Shown: positions 38,022 to 54,683 of the stretch, in pieces | Layout: each line of letters starts with the position of its first letter | How positions within the stretch are numbered: position 1 is the stretch's first letter | From: Eledone cirrhosa | Lineage: Eukaryota | Assembly (NCBI GenBank): GCA_964016885.1 | Contig: OZ024753.1 | Coordinates: 33,294,001 to 33,358,000 of the forward strand | Direction: 5' to 3' | Length of the DNA stretch: 64,000 nt | Translations under genes and position numbers: made by a program | The notes under the pieces: model-generated | Database searches by the model: none | What the model was told of the DNA's origin: nothing | The model's input: the letters and a program-made list of their open reading frames with translations, nothing else

Positions 38022-38737
38022 ATCATCATTGTTTAACGTCTATCATCCACGCTAACATGGGTTTTGAAGGGAATTGTCCCACTTGAGGCAAGATTGGTTG
38101 TCTTGCTCGTATAGGACTGTCTGGCAGGTTTTCTATGGCTGGATGCCCTTCCTAACACCAACCACGTTTACAGTGTGGACTGGGAGGTTTTTACCATGTT
38201 ACCTACACGGCCACATTACAGCGTGGACTGTGTGTTTTTTTGTCAAGACACCTACACGACCTCATTTATTTTGGACTGAATATTGCGTTACCAACATAAC
38301 TTTACATAGAAAGAGGTGGGAGTAGGGTAGTGGGATGGGGGTGTATGTTTGGTTAAGAGGTGCCTACTAACTGTAGGTTTCGCTTTGTACATAGGCAAGG
38401 TGGGTATTCTGTATTAGTGCATAGCGCCAAAGATCTCAGTCCAGTGACATTGTCTTGGAGAGGTGTAAGTGTGTAAGGTTGGAATTTATCAAATCGTCCC
38501 AGGTTTTTCTGGGTCTGCCTACTCTGTAGCTTCCATCAATTTTGATCGCCCTGCACTTTTTTATACAGCTGTCGTCTTTCATGCGCATCACGTGACCATA
38601 CCAACGTAGTCTTCTCTCGAGTAAACAGCATCTGATCCCTCTTATTCCTAATTTCCCACTTAGTTCATTTATGCTCTGCCGTTCACGTATATTACTATTA
38701 CACATCCAACGGAGCATGCATGCTTCATTCCTCTCCA
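38022..38737 (-). mobile_element. RTE-clade LINE, 5'-truncated
   Basis: [12 protein letters not shown]...GRPRKTW plus 3' UTR and (ATC) tail. Confidence 0.9.
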
Positions 38738-40367
38738 TATATATATATATATATGAGCCAAGGTGAAATACTGGATTGGTGGAATTTTTAGAGCATCAGA
38801 TATGATGCTTTGCTGTATTTGTTGAAGTTTCTCTGTTATCTGACTTAAAATCTTACCAAGATCAACTGAGTATTTCATCATTTCGGGATCGATAAATAAA
38901 GTACCAGTTCAATTTGGGTAGAGGTGGGGATTAACAGAATTATAAAACATTGAATAGGATAATACTAAGTATATTTTTTGCCTCTGCATGTTCTAAGTTT
39001 CAGTCCTGCTTGTTGTTATATCATTATGACAAAATAGAACTAGGTTCCAGATCTCTCTCATTAAAGCACCTAAGAAACTTCTAATGAAGTGTAACCTGAT
39101 ACGATGTTTGTTAAACCCACGAACCATTACAACAACAGTATGAAGAGAGAAAAGAGAACAGATAAGTGAGTAATTGAATATACCAGATGAAATCATAGCC
39201 TGTTCGAGAAGTTAATTAAGAAAAGGATTATAAGTTAAATAAATGTTGGAGTAATTAGTTATAGGAATATTTGGCAGAGGATATGATGATGAAGATGTCC
39301 AGAGAATTAAATAATTGACTCTAGGATTAACTGTAAGATTAGATTTGTGTGGTCCTATCAGAATCTGTAGTTTGGGAATATATTAATTAGGTATAGATAT
39401 GGTTGTGTTTAAGAAGATAACTTAGCAGACCTCTCTTACCTACCACCACAACTATTGTCATTTTATCTCATCCAATTTCTAAACTGGAAAACCCTGCTCT
39501 ACCTTTCTCTTTCTATACTTGAGGTTACACTCAAGGTTATATTCTATCTTAAGAGACCAGCTGGATAATGCTAGACTCAAGTGCATTAATATATCTTCAA
39601 ACTAAGAAGGGGAGACATGATATATGTCTATATGTTACAAACAGTAAAAAGTAAACTTTATAAAAGACAATATTTTGGAATTCTGTTAAATAGACCATTC
39701 ATGAAATATCTTTTCAACAAACTAGCTAAGAAAAGAGAAATCTTTTAAAGCAAGATCTAAACAAAATGGAACTGATGCTCCAGGGAGATTGTTGAGATAA
39801 AGACTATTTATTGAAAAAGAAAGAACCTTTTGTAAATATATTGGGAATCCTATATAGTTAACCCTGTCATGCTGTGTTCCTGCTACAGTGGGAATAGCCT
39901 AAATGCAATTTCAACTGAATTCCCATTAAAACGGAAATGAACAACACATGAAACAAAAGAAGATAAAATACTAAAAATAAACAACTGATCACATTGCAGC
40001 TTTGAAGTTATGTGTGTTTGTGACTCATTGTAAATGTCGTCCCCTATAGCTGTTGTTTACTAATATAAAAAAAAATTGATTCTTTTGTGATGAAACAAGC
40101 ATGTGATCAACCCAGCAATTTGTCTGGTAAATGAGCAAAGCATAGACTCTTTACAATTGAAGAAATTATTCTATGGACAAGGCTGAGCAAGAATTTGAAC
40201 ATAGTTTATCCTTACTTAGACAGCGAGAGTGATTTGGAAAATGAAACTTATAAAGTGGTGAAGAAAGTAGGGATTCAGGTGAACAATTTCAGTGTGGTCG
40301 TGGTCCTTGCACTGCTGATACTTATAGGGGTGGTGGAGATTATGTCAATCTAGATGAAGGGTAAATA

Positions 40368-40444
40368 GACACATATATATATATACATATATATATATTT
40401 ATATATATACATATACACAGATATATATATATATACATACATAT

Positions 40445-40489
<45 letters not shown>

Positions 40490-41371
40490 CATATACATAC
40501 ATATACACATATATATATATGCATACATATGCATATATATATATATGCATACATATACACATATATATATATATATACATACATATACACACATATATAT
40601 ATATATATATATACATACATATACACACATATATATATATATACATACATATATATACACATATATATATATACATACATATACACATATATATATATAT
40701 ACATACATATACACATATATATATATACATACATATACACATATATATATATATACATACATATACACATATATATATATATATATACATATACACATAT
40801 ATATATATATATATACATATACACATATATATATATATATATATACATACATATACACACATATATATATACATACATATACACATATATATATACATAC
40901 ATATACACATATATATATATACATACATATACACATATATATATATACATACATATACACATATATATATATACATACATATACACATATATATATATAC
41001 ATACATATACACATATATATATACATACATATACACATATATATATATACATACATATACACATATATATATATACATACATATACACATATATATATAT
41101 ACATACATATACACATATATATATATACATACATATACACATATATATATATACATACATATACACATATATATATATACATACATATACACATATATAT
41201 ATATACATACATATACACATATATATATATACATACATATACACATATATATATATACATACATATACACATATATATATATACATACATATACACATAT
41301 ATATATATACATACATATACACATATATATATATACATACATATACACATATATATATATATATACATATA

Positions 41372-41402
<31 letters not shown>

Positions 41403-41781
41403 ACATACATATACACATATATATATATATATACATACATATACACATATATATATATATATACATACATATACACATATATATATATATATATATACAT
41501 ACATATACACATATATATATATATACATACATATACACATATATATATATACATACATATACACATATATATATATACATACATATACATATATATATAC
41601 ATACATACATATACACATATATATATATACATACATATACACATATATATATATACATACATATACACATATATATATATATACATACATATACACATAT
41701 ATATACATACATATACACATATATATATATACATACATATACACATATATATATATACATACATATACACATATATATACA
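40368..41781. repeat. 1.4-kb compound array, unit ~ACATACATATACAC(AT)n
   Basis: Direct reading; same unit at 42826-43300. Confidence 0.95.
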
Positions 41782-42825
41782 TACATGTGGGCGGTGCTCT
41801 GGGGCAATAAGTAGCAGCGAGTGCCCACAGAATACTAGCTCATTCCATTGCACAGATGGTTCTATAGAAATAGTGGACAGCTTCCGTTACCTGGGTGACA
41901 AAATCAGCAGTGGGGGAGGGTGCTCTGAAAGTACAGAAGCTAGAGTCAGAACGGGATGGAAAAAGTTCAGAGAGCTTATACCAATATTGGCCGCTAAAGG
42001 GTTCTCTCTAAAAATGAAAGGCAGGCTGTATGATGCCTGCATACAAACAGCAATGTTACATGGCAGTGAGACCTGGGCATTGTGTGCAGAGGATATACAC
42101 AGACTGGATAGAAACGAAGCTTGCATGCTCCACTGGATGTGTAATAGTAATATACGTGAACAACAAAGCATAAACGAACTTAGGGAGAAATTAGGAATAA
42201 GAGGGATCAGATGTTGTTTACTCGAGAGAAGACTACGTTGGTACGGTCACATGATGCGCATGAAAGACGACAGCTGTATAAAAAAGTGCAGGGCGATAAA
42301 AATAGACGATAGCCACGGAGTAGGCAGACCCAGAAAAACCTGGGACGACTTGATAAATTCCGACCTCACACCTCTCCAAGACAATGTCACTGGACCGAGA
42401 TCTTTGGCACTACACAGTCATACAGAAGACCCGCCTTGCCTAAGTACAAAGCGAAACCTACAGTCAGTAGGCACCTCTAACAAAATACCCCCCCCTCCCC
42501 CCACCCCATCCACACCACCCCCTTAAATGTGAAGTTATGTTGGTACCACAACATCCAGTCCAAAACAAATGAGGTCATGTAGGTGTCACGACAAAAAAAC
42601 ACACAGTCCACACTGTAAAGTGGCCGTGTAGGTAACACCGTAAAAACCTCCCAGTCCACACTGTAAACGTGGTTGGTTGTTGGTTTTAGGAAGGGCATCC
42701 ATCCGTAGAAAACCCACCAGACAGTCCTATGCGAGCAGGACAACAAATCTTGCCTCAAGTGGGAAACCTCCCGTCCAAACCCATGCAAGCGTGGTAGATG
42801 GACGTTAAACGATGATGATGATGAT
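41782..42825 (+). mobile_element. RTE-clade LINE, 5'-truncated
   Basis: TCGRCSG...HGSETW...; (GAT)n tail; tacat microhomology with the upstream satellite. Confidence 0.9.
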
Positions 42826-42853
42826 ACATACATATACACATATACATATACAC

Positions 42854-42890
<37 letters not shown>

Positions 42891-43210
42891 CATACATATA
42901 CATATATATACATACATATACACATATATATATATATATATACATACATATACACATATATATATATATACATACATATACACATATATATATATATATA
43001 TACATATACACATATATATATATATATATACATACATATACACATATATATATATATACATATACATATACACATATATATATATACATATACATATACA
43101 CATATATATATATACATATACATATACACATATATATATATATATACATATACATATACACATATACATATACATATACATATACACATATATATATATA
43201 TATACATATA

Positions 43211-43278
<68 letters not shown>

Positions 43279-43300
43279 CACATATATATATATATATATA

Positions 43301-43872
43301 TGTTAATCGCTTGTTAAATGCAAGGACCCCATTCAATCATTACCTTCTATCTAGCGTATTTTCAAACCTTAATTCCTAACGTATTTTCAAACCTCAATCC
43401 CTAATTCTAGCGTATCTTCAAAACAAAAAAACAAAATCCTTTCCTTCTTCCTTCTTCGAAGGCATGGGGCGGTCAAACGCCTAACACACACAACCATCAT
43501 GCGGCCACCCCCCACCCCCTCTCTCTCTCTATATATATATATGATAGGAATTCACTTCGCCAAATTTCATTGCTTGCTGTCTAACCCACGATATTCATGT
43601 AACGTAATGTACAGATTTTCCTTTCATTTCTCTGCCTCCACAAATCCTAATTCTAGCGTATTTTAATCCTAATTCTAGCGTATTTTCAAAACAATCCATA
43701 TTTCGTATCAAGTCCAAATAGCCAATCTATCGCTAAAACAAACTACATTTTTTGTTTTTATTAATTGTTAAATACGAAAGTTTTTGGTCGTATTGAACAG
43801 AACAAATTTTGTATTTTTGTTAATCGCTTGTTAAATGCAAGGACCCCATTCAATCATTACCTTCTATCTAGC
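43301..43872 (+). repeat. 517-bp unit whose first 55 bp recur at 43818-43872, with internal ctaattctagcgtattttcaaa-like repeats
   Basis: tgttaatcgcttgttaaatgcaaggacccc...ctatctagc occurs twice. Confidence 0.7.
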
Positions 43873-46800
43873 TACCCAGCCCCCACGCATCACCAGTATT
43901 ATTACGCAGACCAATCAGAAGCCAGAGGCCTATACTATCGCTTGCCTGGTTGCCTTTCGATATATGATGGATGGATGGACTGCGGAATCCTGGAGAGTGG
44001 AGGAGAGAGAGAGAAAAATCTGGACGCTCAGCGACAATGCCAAAGATAAAGACAAATTCACCTCTTGGACGAGAATGCGAGCACTCCTCATTGTTTCGAC
44101 CGCGGACGGCTAACATAACCCCATCACCCCCCGCCCCCCACCGCCCCCAACCCCCAAACGCAATCCAAAACTTCAGAGTTGGTACCATAAATGTAGGCAC
44201 CCTAAAGGGTCGCGCTAACGAGGTTGTAGAAATGCTTGAACGTAAGGAGGTCGATGTTTGTTGTATTCAAGAGACCAGGTGGAGGGGTGGGTCTGCTAGG
44301 TTCATTGAGGGTAAAAAACGATGTTATAAGCTTTTCTGGGTGGGAAACGACGATGGGCTGGGTGGAGTAGGTATCATGGTAGCAGAAAAGTGGGCAGATA
44401 AGATAATAGACGTAAATAGAGTGAACGACAGAATAATTAAAATACGACTTGTCCTCAATAGAACTACGGTGACAGTAATATCTGCGTACGCACCCCAATC
44501 CGGACTGCCCGGCACTATAAAAGACAGATTCTATGAGACACTGATGCTAACTACCTCCCAAATATCCGACAGTGACTATATAATTATCGCAGGCAACCTA
44601 AATGGTCACGTTGGACAACATTGTGACGGCTACGACGAAATCCATGGAGGCTATGGGTTTGGTACTAGAAATGAGGAAGGCTCCAGAATCCTGGAATTCT
44701 GTGATGCAAATAACCTAACTATCTGTAACACTAACTTCAAAAAACGTGACATTCACCTGATCACCTATAGATCCGGGGAACACACAAGCCAGGTAGATTA
44801 TATCCTTACCAGAAGACGTGACAGAGTGTCTGTTGTAAACACTAAATCCCTCCCCCATGAAGAATGCACCTCCCAACATAGACTGATAATTAGCTACCTC
44901 ATAGTCAGGATGAGACGTACTCGACAGCAGAAGAGGACTATCCTCGGGAGAAAAATATGGAAGCTAAAGGACCCCACAGCCAGGAATAAATTTCAAAGCA
45001 TATTACTTGATGCTTTCGACAGTAAGGAAGAACATTTAGAGTCGGACAATATAGAGGGAGAGTGGGAATTTCTGAAAGCAAACCTGCTGTTGGCGACAGA
45101 CGAAGTCTGTGGCTGGAGCAGGCCTGTAGGCAGGAGGAGAGTAACATGGTGGTGGAACAGTAAGGTGGAGGGGTCAATTAAGGCCAAAAAGCAGGCTTGG
45201 AAAGTATGGCGGGATGGGGGAAGTAGAGAAGACTATCAAGTGGCCAGGAGGGAAGCTAGGAGACAAGTGTACTTAGCAAGAAGGGAAGCTGAGGAAAGAA
45301 AGTTCAAGCATGTTCTACAACGCGATGACCAAAAACGTGAGGTGTTCAGGATTGCTAGGCAATGCGTCAAGGAAAACCGTGATATTGTCGGGGAGAAGTG
45401 TGTACTAAACGACGATGGCACACTTGCCATCACTGACGCTGATAAGAAGGTAGCTTGGAAGTGTCACTATGAAAGGCTACTAAATGAGGAGAATAAATGG
45501 GAGAAAGACAGTCTCCCCCATATCGACCCAATAGAGGGACCAGCAGTGTTAGTCGAGGGGAGTATAATAAGTAAGGCAATCAAGGATATGAAGACGGGTA
45601 AGGCGGCTGGGCCTTCGGAAATAGTTGCTGAGATGCTGAAGGCATCTGGCACGGTGGGACACACCATGGTCACCCGCATAGTTAACCAAGTCATACAGAA
45701 TGGGGTTGTTCCGAAGGACTGGCATAGCAGCATCATCGTTAACTGTTATAAGGGTAAAGGAGACGCCCTAGATAGGAGTAACTATAGAGGCATTAAATTA
45801 ATCGACCAGGTCATGAAGGTCACGGAAAAAGTAATAGCGCAATTAATCAGAGAGAGAATTGACCTAGATGAAATGCAGTTCGGGTTTGTGTCAGGCAAAA
45901 GTACCACAGACGCTCTTTTCATAGTACGACAACTACAGGAGAAGTACCTAGCTAAAGGTAAACCCCTCTACTTAGCTTTTGTCGACTTGGAGAAAGCCTT
46001 CGACAGAGTCCCCCGCTCCATTATCTGGTGGGCTCTTAGAAAACTAGGCGTTGACGAATGGCTTGTGAGGGCTATACAAGCCATGTATAAAGAAACAGTC
46101 AGCAAGGTTAGAATTAACAACGAATATAGTGAAGAGTTTAGCGTAAAAGTTGGCGTCCATCAGGGCTCTGTTCTCAGCCCACTACTATTTATTATTGCCC
46201 TTCAGGCTATAACAGAGGAGTTCAAGACAGGCTGCCCATGGGAACTCCTATACGCAGACGACCTGACACTCATAGCGGAATCAATGGCCGAGCTAGAGAA
46301 GAAATTCCAAACATGGAAGCACGGCCTAGAGTCAAAAGGACTTAAAATTAACCTGGCTAAGACCAAAGTACTAGTTTGTAGGAAAGAAAACAAGGCGGCG
46401 GTCCCTTCTGGGAAATGGTCGTGCTCGGTGTGTAGGAAAGGCGTAGGTAGAAACTCCATTTTATGTCCTAAATGCAAAGTATGGGTGCATAAAAGATGTA
46501 GTGGGATCACAGGTAAGCTAACTAAGAACATAGATTTTACATGTGGCCGGTGCTCTGGTGCAATAAGTAGCAGCAAGTGCCCACAAAATACTAGCTCTTC
46601 AATTGTGCAGAGGGTTCTATAGAAATAGTGGACAGCTTCCGTTACCTGGGCGATAAAATCAGCAGTGGGGGAGGGTGCTCTGAAAGTACTGTAGCTAGAG
46701 TCAGAACTGGTTGGAAAAAGTTCAGAGAGCTTATACCACTATTAGCTGCTAAAGGGTTCTCCCTAAAAATGAAAGGCAGGTTGTACGATGCCTGCATACG

Positions 46801-47605
46801 AACAGCAATGCTGCATGGCAGTGAGACCTGGGCATTGTGTGCAGAGGATATATGCAGACTAGAGAGGAACGAAGCTTGCATGCTCCGCTGGATGTGTAAC
46901 AGTAATATACGTGAACGGCAAAGCATAAACGAACTAAGGAAAAAATTAGAGATAAGAGGGATCAGATGTTGTTTACTCGAGAGAAGGCTATGTTGGTATG
47001 GACACGTGATGCGCATGAAAGTCGATAGCTGTATAACAAAGTGCAGGGCAATAAAGATAGACGGTAGTCACGGAATAGGCAGACCTAGAAAAACCTGGGA
47101 CGAGCTGATAAACTCCGACATCACACACTTACACCTCTCCAAGACAATGTCACTGGACCGAGACCTTTGGCGGTACTCAGTAACAGAGAAGACCCGCCTT
47201 ACCTAAATATATAGTAAAACCTACTCCAGCCAGTAGGCATCTCTAACAAAATACACCCCGTCCCACCACCACCACCCCCACCCCATCCACACCACCCCGT
47301 TCTATGTAAAGTTATGTTGGTGCCGCGCCATCGAGGCTGAAACAAATGAGATCGTGTAGGTGTCACGACAAAAAAACACACAGTCCACGCTGTAATGTGG
47401 CCGTGTAGGCAACACGGTAAAAACCTCCCAGACCCACACTGTAAATGTGGTTGGTGTTAGGAAGGGCATCCAACTGTAGAAAACCTGCCAGACAGTCCTA
47501 TGCGAGCAAGACAATCACTCTTGCCTCAAGTGGGACTACCCCCGTCCAAACCCATGCAAGCGTGGAACACGGACGTTAAACGTTGATGATGATGATGATG
47601 ATGAT
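43873..47605 (+). mobile_element. Near full-length RTE-clade LINE
   Basis: Single APE+RT ORF, repetitive 3' UTR, (GAT)n tail; 5' boundary approximate. Confidence 0.93.
44037..47206 (+). pseudogene. RTE ORF (AP endonuclease + RT + PHD-like finger), frameshifted near 46597
   Basis: GTINVGTL, CIQETRW, SAYAPQ, DYIL, SQHRL, DLEKAFD, GVHQGSVLSP, YADD. 1-bp loss relative to sister copies; GDxN reads GNLN. Confidence 0.9.
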
Positions 47606-49735
<2,130 letters not shown>

Positions 49736-50317
49736 TTCCAAATTTCACTCTCTAAACCTTGGTCAACTTGATGTTATAGTAGTAAAAGACTTGTCATATG
49801 TGTTCCATAATGGAACTGAACTAAAAACCCTATATTTGCAAACCACAAAACCATGCCTGTGCCTTAATGGATTTTTCTCAATTAATTATTTCCAATCGAA
49901 GCTAAAATCAGAAACTCAGAGCCAGATTTAAAGTGTGCTATGAGATATTTTAATTACTACAAACAGTAGCTATGTAATTACAATGTTTACTAATTAGCAT
50001 CAGGTATTTCAATTCATATACAAATCTATGTAGTATTTATTTGAAATAATGAATGCTAGCAGCAACAATTTGAAGAGAAAAATATTGATATAGATGTGGG
50101 CATGTCTGTATAGTCAAAGAGTGTGTTGGAAGCATATGGTTTCAGGTTCAGTCTTACTGTGTGGTAGCTTGTGCAAGTGTCTTCTACTGGAACCCTGGAC
50201 AGAACAATGCCTTGTGAATGAATTTGGTAGACAAATTCTGTAAATAAGTTTATTTTATATCATCATCATCTTCAAATCTGTAAATCATTGTGAATTCTCT
50301 GTTAATCAAATGAAATG

Positions 50318-50713
50318 CAAAGTTCAATTCTTGGACCGGGTGATGTGTTGTTTCCTTGAGCAAGACACTTTATTTCACAGTGCTCCAGTTTACTCAGCTG
50401 TAGAAATGAGATGATAGGACTGGAATCCCTATCATTCCACTGCAAAGTGGTCGTGGAGGTGCCACAGCAAAAAAATAACACCCATTCCACACTGTAAAGT
50501 GGACGTGTAGGTGCCACGGAAAAAAAAAAGAAGCACCTGGCACCCACTGTAAATGAGGTTGGTGTTAGGAAGGGCATCCAGCTGTAGAAATCAAGCCAGA
50601 ATCAGTTCCCTTATGAACAAAGTATGGTCACCTGACCTGGCATTGCCCACAACAGGACAACCCATCTAACCCATACTAGCGTGGAAGAACGAACGTAAAA
50701 CGGTGATGATGAT
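50318..50713 (+). mobile_element. SINE with RTE-like 3' tail, head degraded
   Basis: Core ccttgagcaagacactt...ctcagctgtagaaatgag shared with 59343; tail matches the 3' UTR at 57480-57754. Confidence 0.75.
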
Positions 50714-51172
50714 CATCATCATCATAAAAGAGTTAAATGGAACAAGAAATTATGTCTGTCCCTCCTCCTACCAACACCACTGATCTTATCATGTAAGTAT
50801 CCATCAAGCTATTGGTCAATCACCTTTAGTGATATTCATTATATATATTATTAAAATCCAGGAAAGAGACTGAGGGAGGAGGAGAAGGCAATGAAGAAGG
50901 CAAAGAAGGAGGAGGAGAAAAAGAAGAAGACAAAGAAGACGACGAAGAAGAAGGGATCTTATTGAAATACCACAACAATGATAGCAGAAGACATACAAGT
51001 AATATTGTTGGCTCACCTAAACTATAAATGTATAGAGAATGACTGTTAACCTAAATATGTTTTCATTAACTTATTTTTATTCTTCAAAATGTTTTAATAA
51101 ATATTTCAATGAATCTGCTGACAGCATTGAATTTATGAATCACAATAGCTGGATTTATTGGTATTATTATCA

Positions 51173-51955
51173 TCATTATTGGTTTCTTATATAGGCACAA
51201 GGCCAGCAATTTTAGGGGAGAGGAAAGTCAATTAAATTAACCCCAGTGCGTGACTGTTACTTTATTTTATTGACCCCGTAAGGATGAAAGGTAAAGTTAG
51301 CCTTGCAGGAATCTGAGTTCAAATCCCGCAAAGGTTAACTTTGCCTTTCATCCTTACGGGGGTCGATAAAATAAAGTACCAGTCAGGCACTGGGGTCAAT
51401 TTAATCGACTTTTCCATTCCCCAAAATTACTGGCCGTGTGCCTATATAAGAAACCATTATTATCGATATTATTATTATTTATTAATGGGTGGTGGATTGG
51501 CAGTATCGGTGGAGGGTTGGACGCCATGATTTGACGCAAAGTTACGGCCCTTTCAATTCTGAGTTCAAATCCCGCCGAGGTTAACTTTGCCTTTCATCCT
51601 TACAGGGTTGATAACATAAAGTACCAGTAATGTACTGATATAATTGCAGGCCTTGTGCCTATAGTAGAAACAATTATTATTATTTACTAATATAAGAAAC
51701 CATTATTTATTATTATTATTATTATTATTAGGGTGGCGGATTGGCAGTATCGGTAGAGGGTCAGATGCCATTCTTTGCAGCATAGTGTTATGGCACTTTA
51801 TGTTCTGAGATTAGCTTTGCCTTTCATCCTTATGAGGTCAATAAAATAAAGCACCAGTAATGTACTGTAGTCGATTTAATTGATTCCCCCACCACCACCA
51901 ACCCCCCTTCAAATTGCTGGTATTTTGCCTAAAGTAGAAACAAGTATTATTTTCA
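51173..51955. mobile_element. Cluster of four SINEs: fold-back pair (51173-51465) and two tandem + copies (51487-51683, 51731-51955)
   Basis: Repeated gcctttcatccttac..gataa..taaagtaccag core and (ATT)n tails. Confidence 0.8.
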
Positions 51956-52351
51956 TTATTAATATTTATTTATTTATTACTCTTCTCATTATTATTATTA
52001 TTATTTATTATCGTTTTTTTTTTTCTCGATCCAATGTATAAGAATATGATTTCTGAAAGCTGTCATTTTAAAATATTTCTCTGACTTTAATCATTTACAG
52101 GTAATTTACTCAATTCTCTACAATACTATTCAGATTATTAAAAAAAAAAATTTTTACCAAGTAAATTTTTCCAGCAGGTGTTCTGCTACTTCAAATCACA
52201 CAATTCTATAAAGTTCTTGAAACATTCATTTCCCCCATTCTGTCAAGTGTTCTTTAGATGAGATGGAATGGAATGGAATATTATTATTTTGTTTTCGTGT
52301 GTGTTCACCATTTATATGTGGCTCTTTTTGATTTTCTCTCTTTTAATTCTG

Positions 52352-52486
52352 ATATATATATAATATACATTTATATATATATATATACATTTATATATTT
52401 ATATATATATATATATATATACATATATAATGTACATACATATATATATATATATATATACATATATACATATATAATGTACATAC

Positions 52487-52517
<31 letters not shown>

Positions 52518-52543
52518 CATATATACATATATAATGTACATAC

Positions 52544-52574
<31 letters not shown>

Positions 52575-52583
52575 CATATATAC

Positions 52584-52626
<43 letters not shown>

Positions 52627-52781
52627 TATATACATATATAAATAAAAGTATGTACACGTACATACATATATGTATACAGACGTACAGTAGTATGTATGTA
52701 TATATATATATACATGCACACATATATATATAAATGTATATATATATATATATATATATAAATGTATATATATATATATAA

Positions 52782-52829
<48 letters not shown>

Positions 52830-52895
52830 GTATATATATATATATAAATGTATATATATATATATATATATATAAATGTATATATATATATATAA

Positions 52896-52931
<36 letters not shown>

Positions 52932-52995
52932 GTATATATATATATATAAATGTATATATATATATATATATATAAATGTATATATATATATATAA

Positions 52996-53037
<42 letters not shown>

Positions 53038-53063
53038 GTATATATATATATATATATATATAA

Positions 53064-53145
<82 letters not shown>

Positions 53146-53169
53146 GTATATATGTATATATATATATAA

Positions 53170-53207
<38 letters not shown>

Positions 53208-53231
53208 GTATATATGTATATATATATATAA

Positions 53232-53313
<82 letters not shown>

Positions 53314-53467
53314 GTATATATATATATATAAATGTATATATATATATATAAATGTATATATATATATATATATAAATGTATATATATATATATATATAAA
53401 TGTATATATATATATATAAATGTATATATATATATATATATATATAAATGTATATATATATATATAA

Positions 53468-53501
<34 letters not shown>
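52352..53501. repeat. Compound (TA)n array, mainly TAAATG(TA)n units
   Basis: Direct reading. Confidence 0.95.
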
Positions 53502-53504
<3 letters not shown>

Positions 53505-54446
53505 CTTAGGTTAATAGGAGTTAGGTATTGTAGATATACAACCACTGACACTGTTACGAAGACCAGAAAACCATACTCCATAATATTGAACCAAGTGATT
53601 GATTTGTGCGACCAAAATAACACCACACACATATTGAACTAGGAATATTGGATCCTCAGTCAATGTCCGGGTGAGCAAAAATAGATTTCTATCTGCATTG
53701 GAATTTACGAACTTGTGCATCTGCTGTGGTGTCTAAAACAAACGCGCATGACCGCACAGATAAACAATGGACCATGCCACGTGGCTTGAACCCGTAAGTG
53801 AATTGAAGGTTCTGCAACCCTGATACACAGATTATTTATTATTAAGATGTATAAACTTGACATAACTATTATCATCTTATATTCTCTCAACTAATCACAC
53901 TTGATCATATTTCTCTATCCCGTTTTCTCCCCTCATAATTATTATATTTTTATTATTATTTAAAAAAAAAAATTTAAAAAAATAAATTAAAAAAAAATAA
54001 AAATCGTTTTTTTTACATTGCGTTTTCCCCTCCAAATATTCGCTTATATTTCCTTATATATTCTCTATATATTTTTTTATTTTTATTATTTCCACTTTTA
54101 TCCTCCTTTATATTTTACCTTATTCTTACTTTTATACCTTATTATAGTGTAATCTTCCCCATGCCTTATTATACACTATTAATTATAGATTATTATTATT
54201 ACTCTTTTTCCATTTCTAATTACCTCATGTACTTTCTCCTCCGCTATATATATATATATATATATTGTATGCCCTTGTGTAGCCTCTGCGCACCCTCTGC
54301 ACCATACTATCCACGCCACCCCATCTATGGTTCAGCTAACCACCCGACTCCCGGGAATGAATATGACTGCAGCTAGTAAACAAGGACCCACACCCCACCC
54401 TCCCGCACCAAAATTAGACTTATCGTCCCCTACTTTTATATATTAT

Positions 54447-54477
<31 letters not shown>

Positions 54478-54539
54478 ATATACATTTATATATATATATA
54501 AATATATATAATATACATTTATATATATATATAATATAC

Positions 54540-54575
<36 letters not shown>

Positions 54576-54683
54576 CATTTATATATATATATATATAATA
54601 TACATTTATATATATATATAATATACATTTATATATATATATAATATACATTTATATATATATATAAATGTATATTATATATA

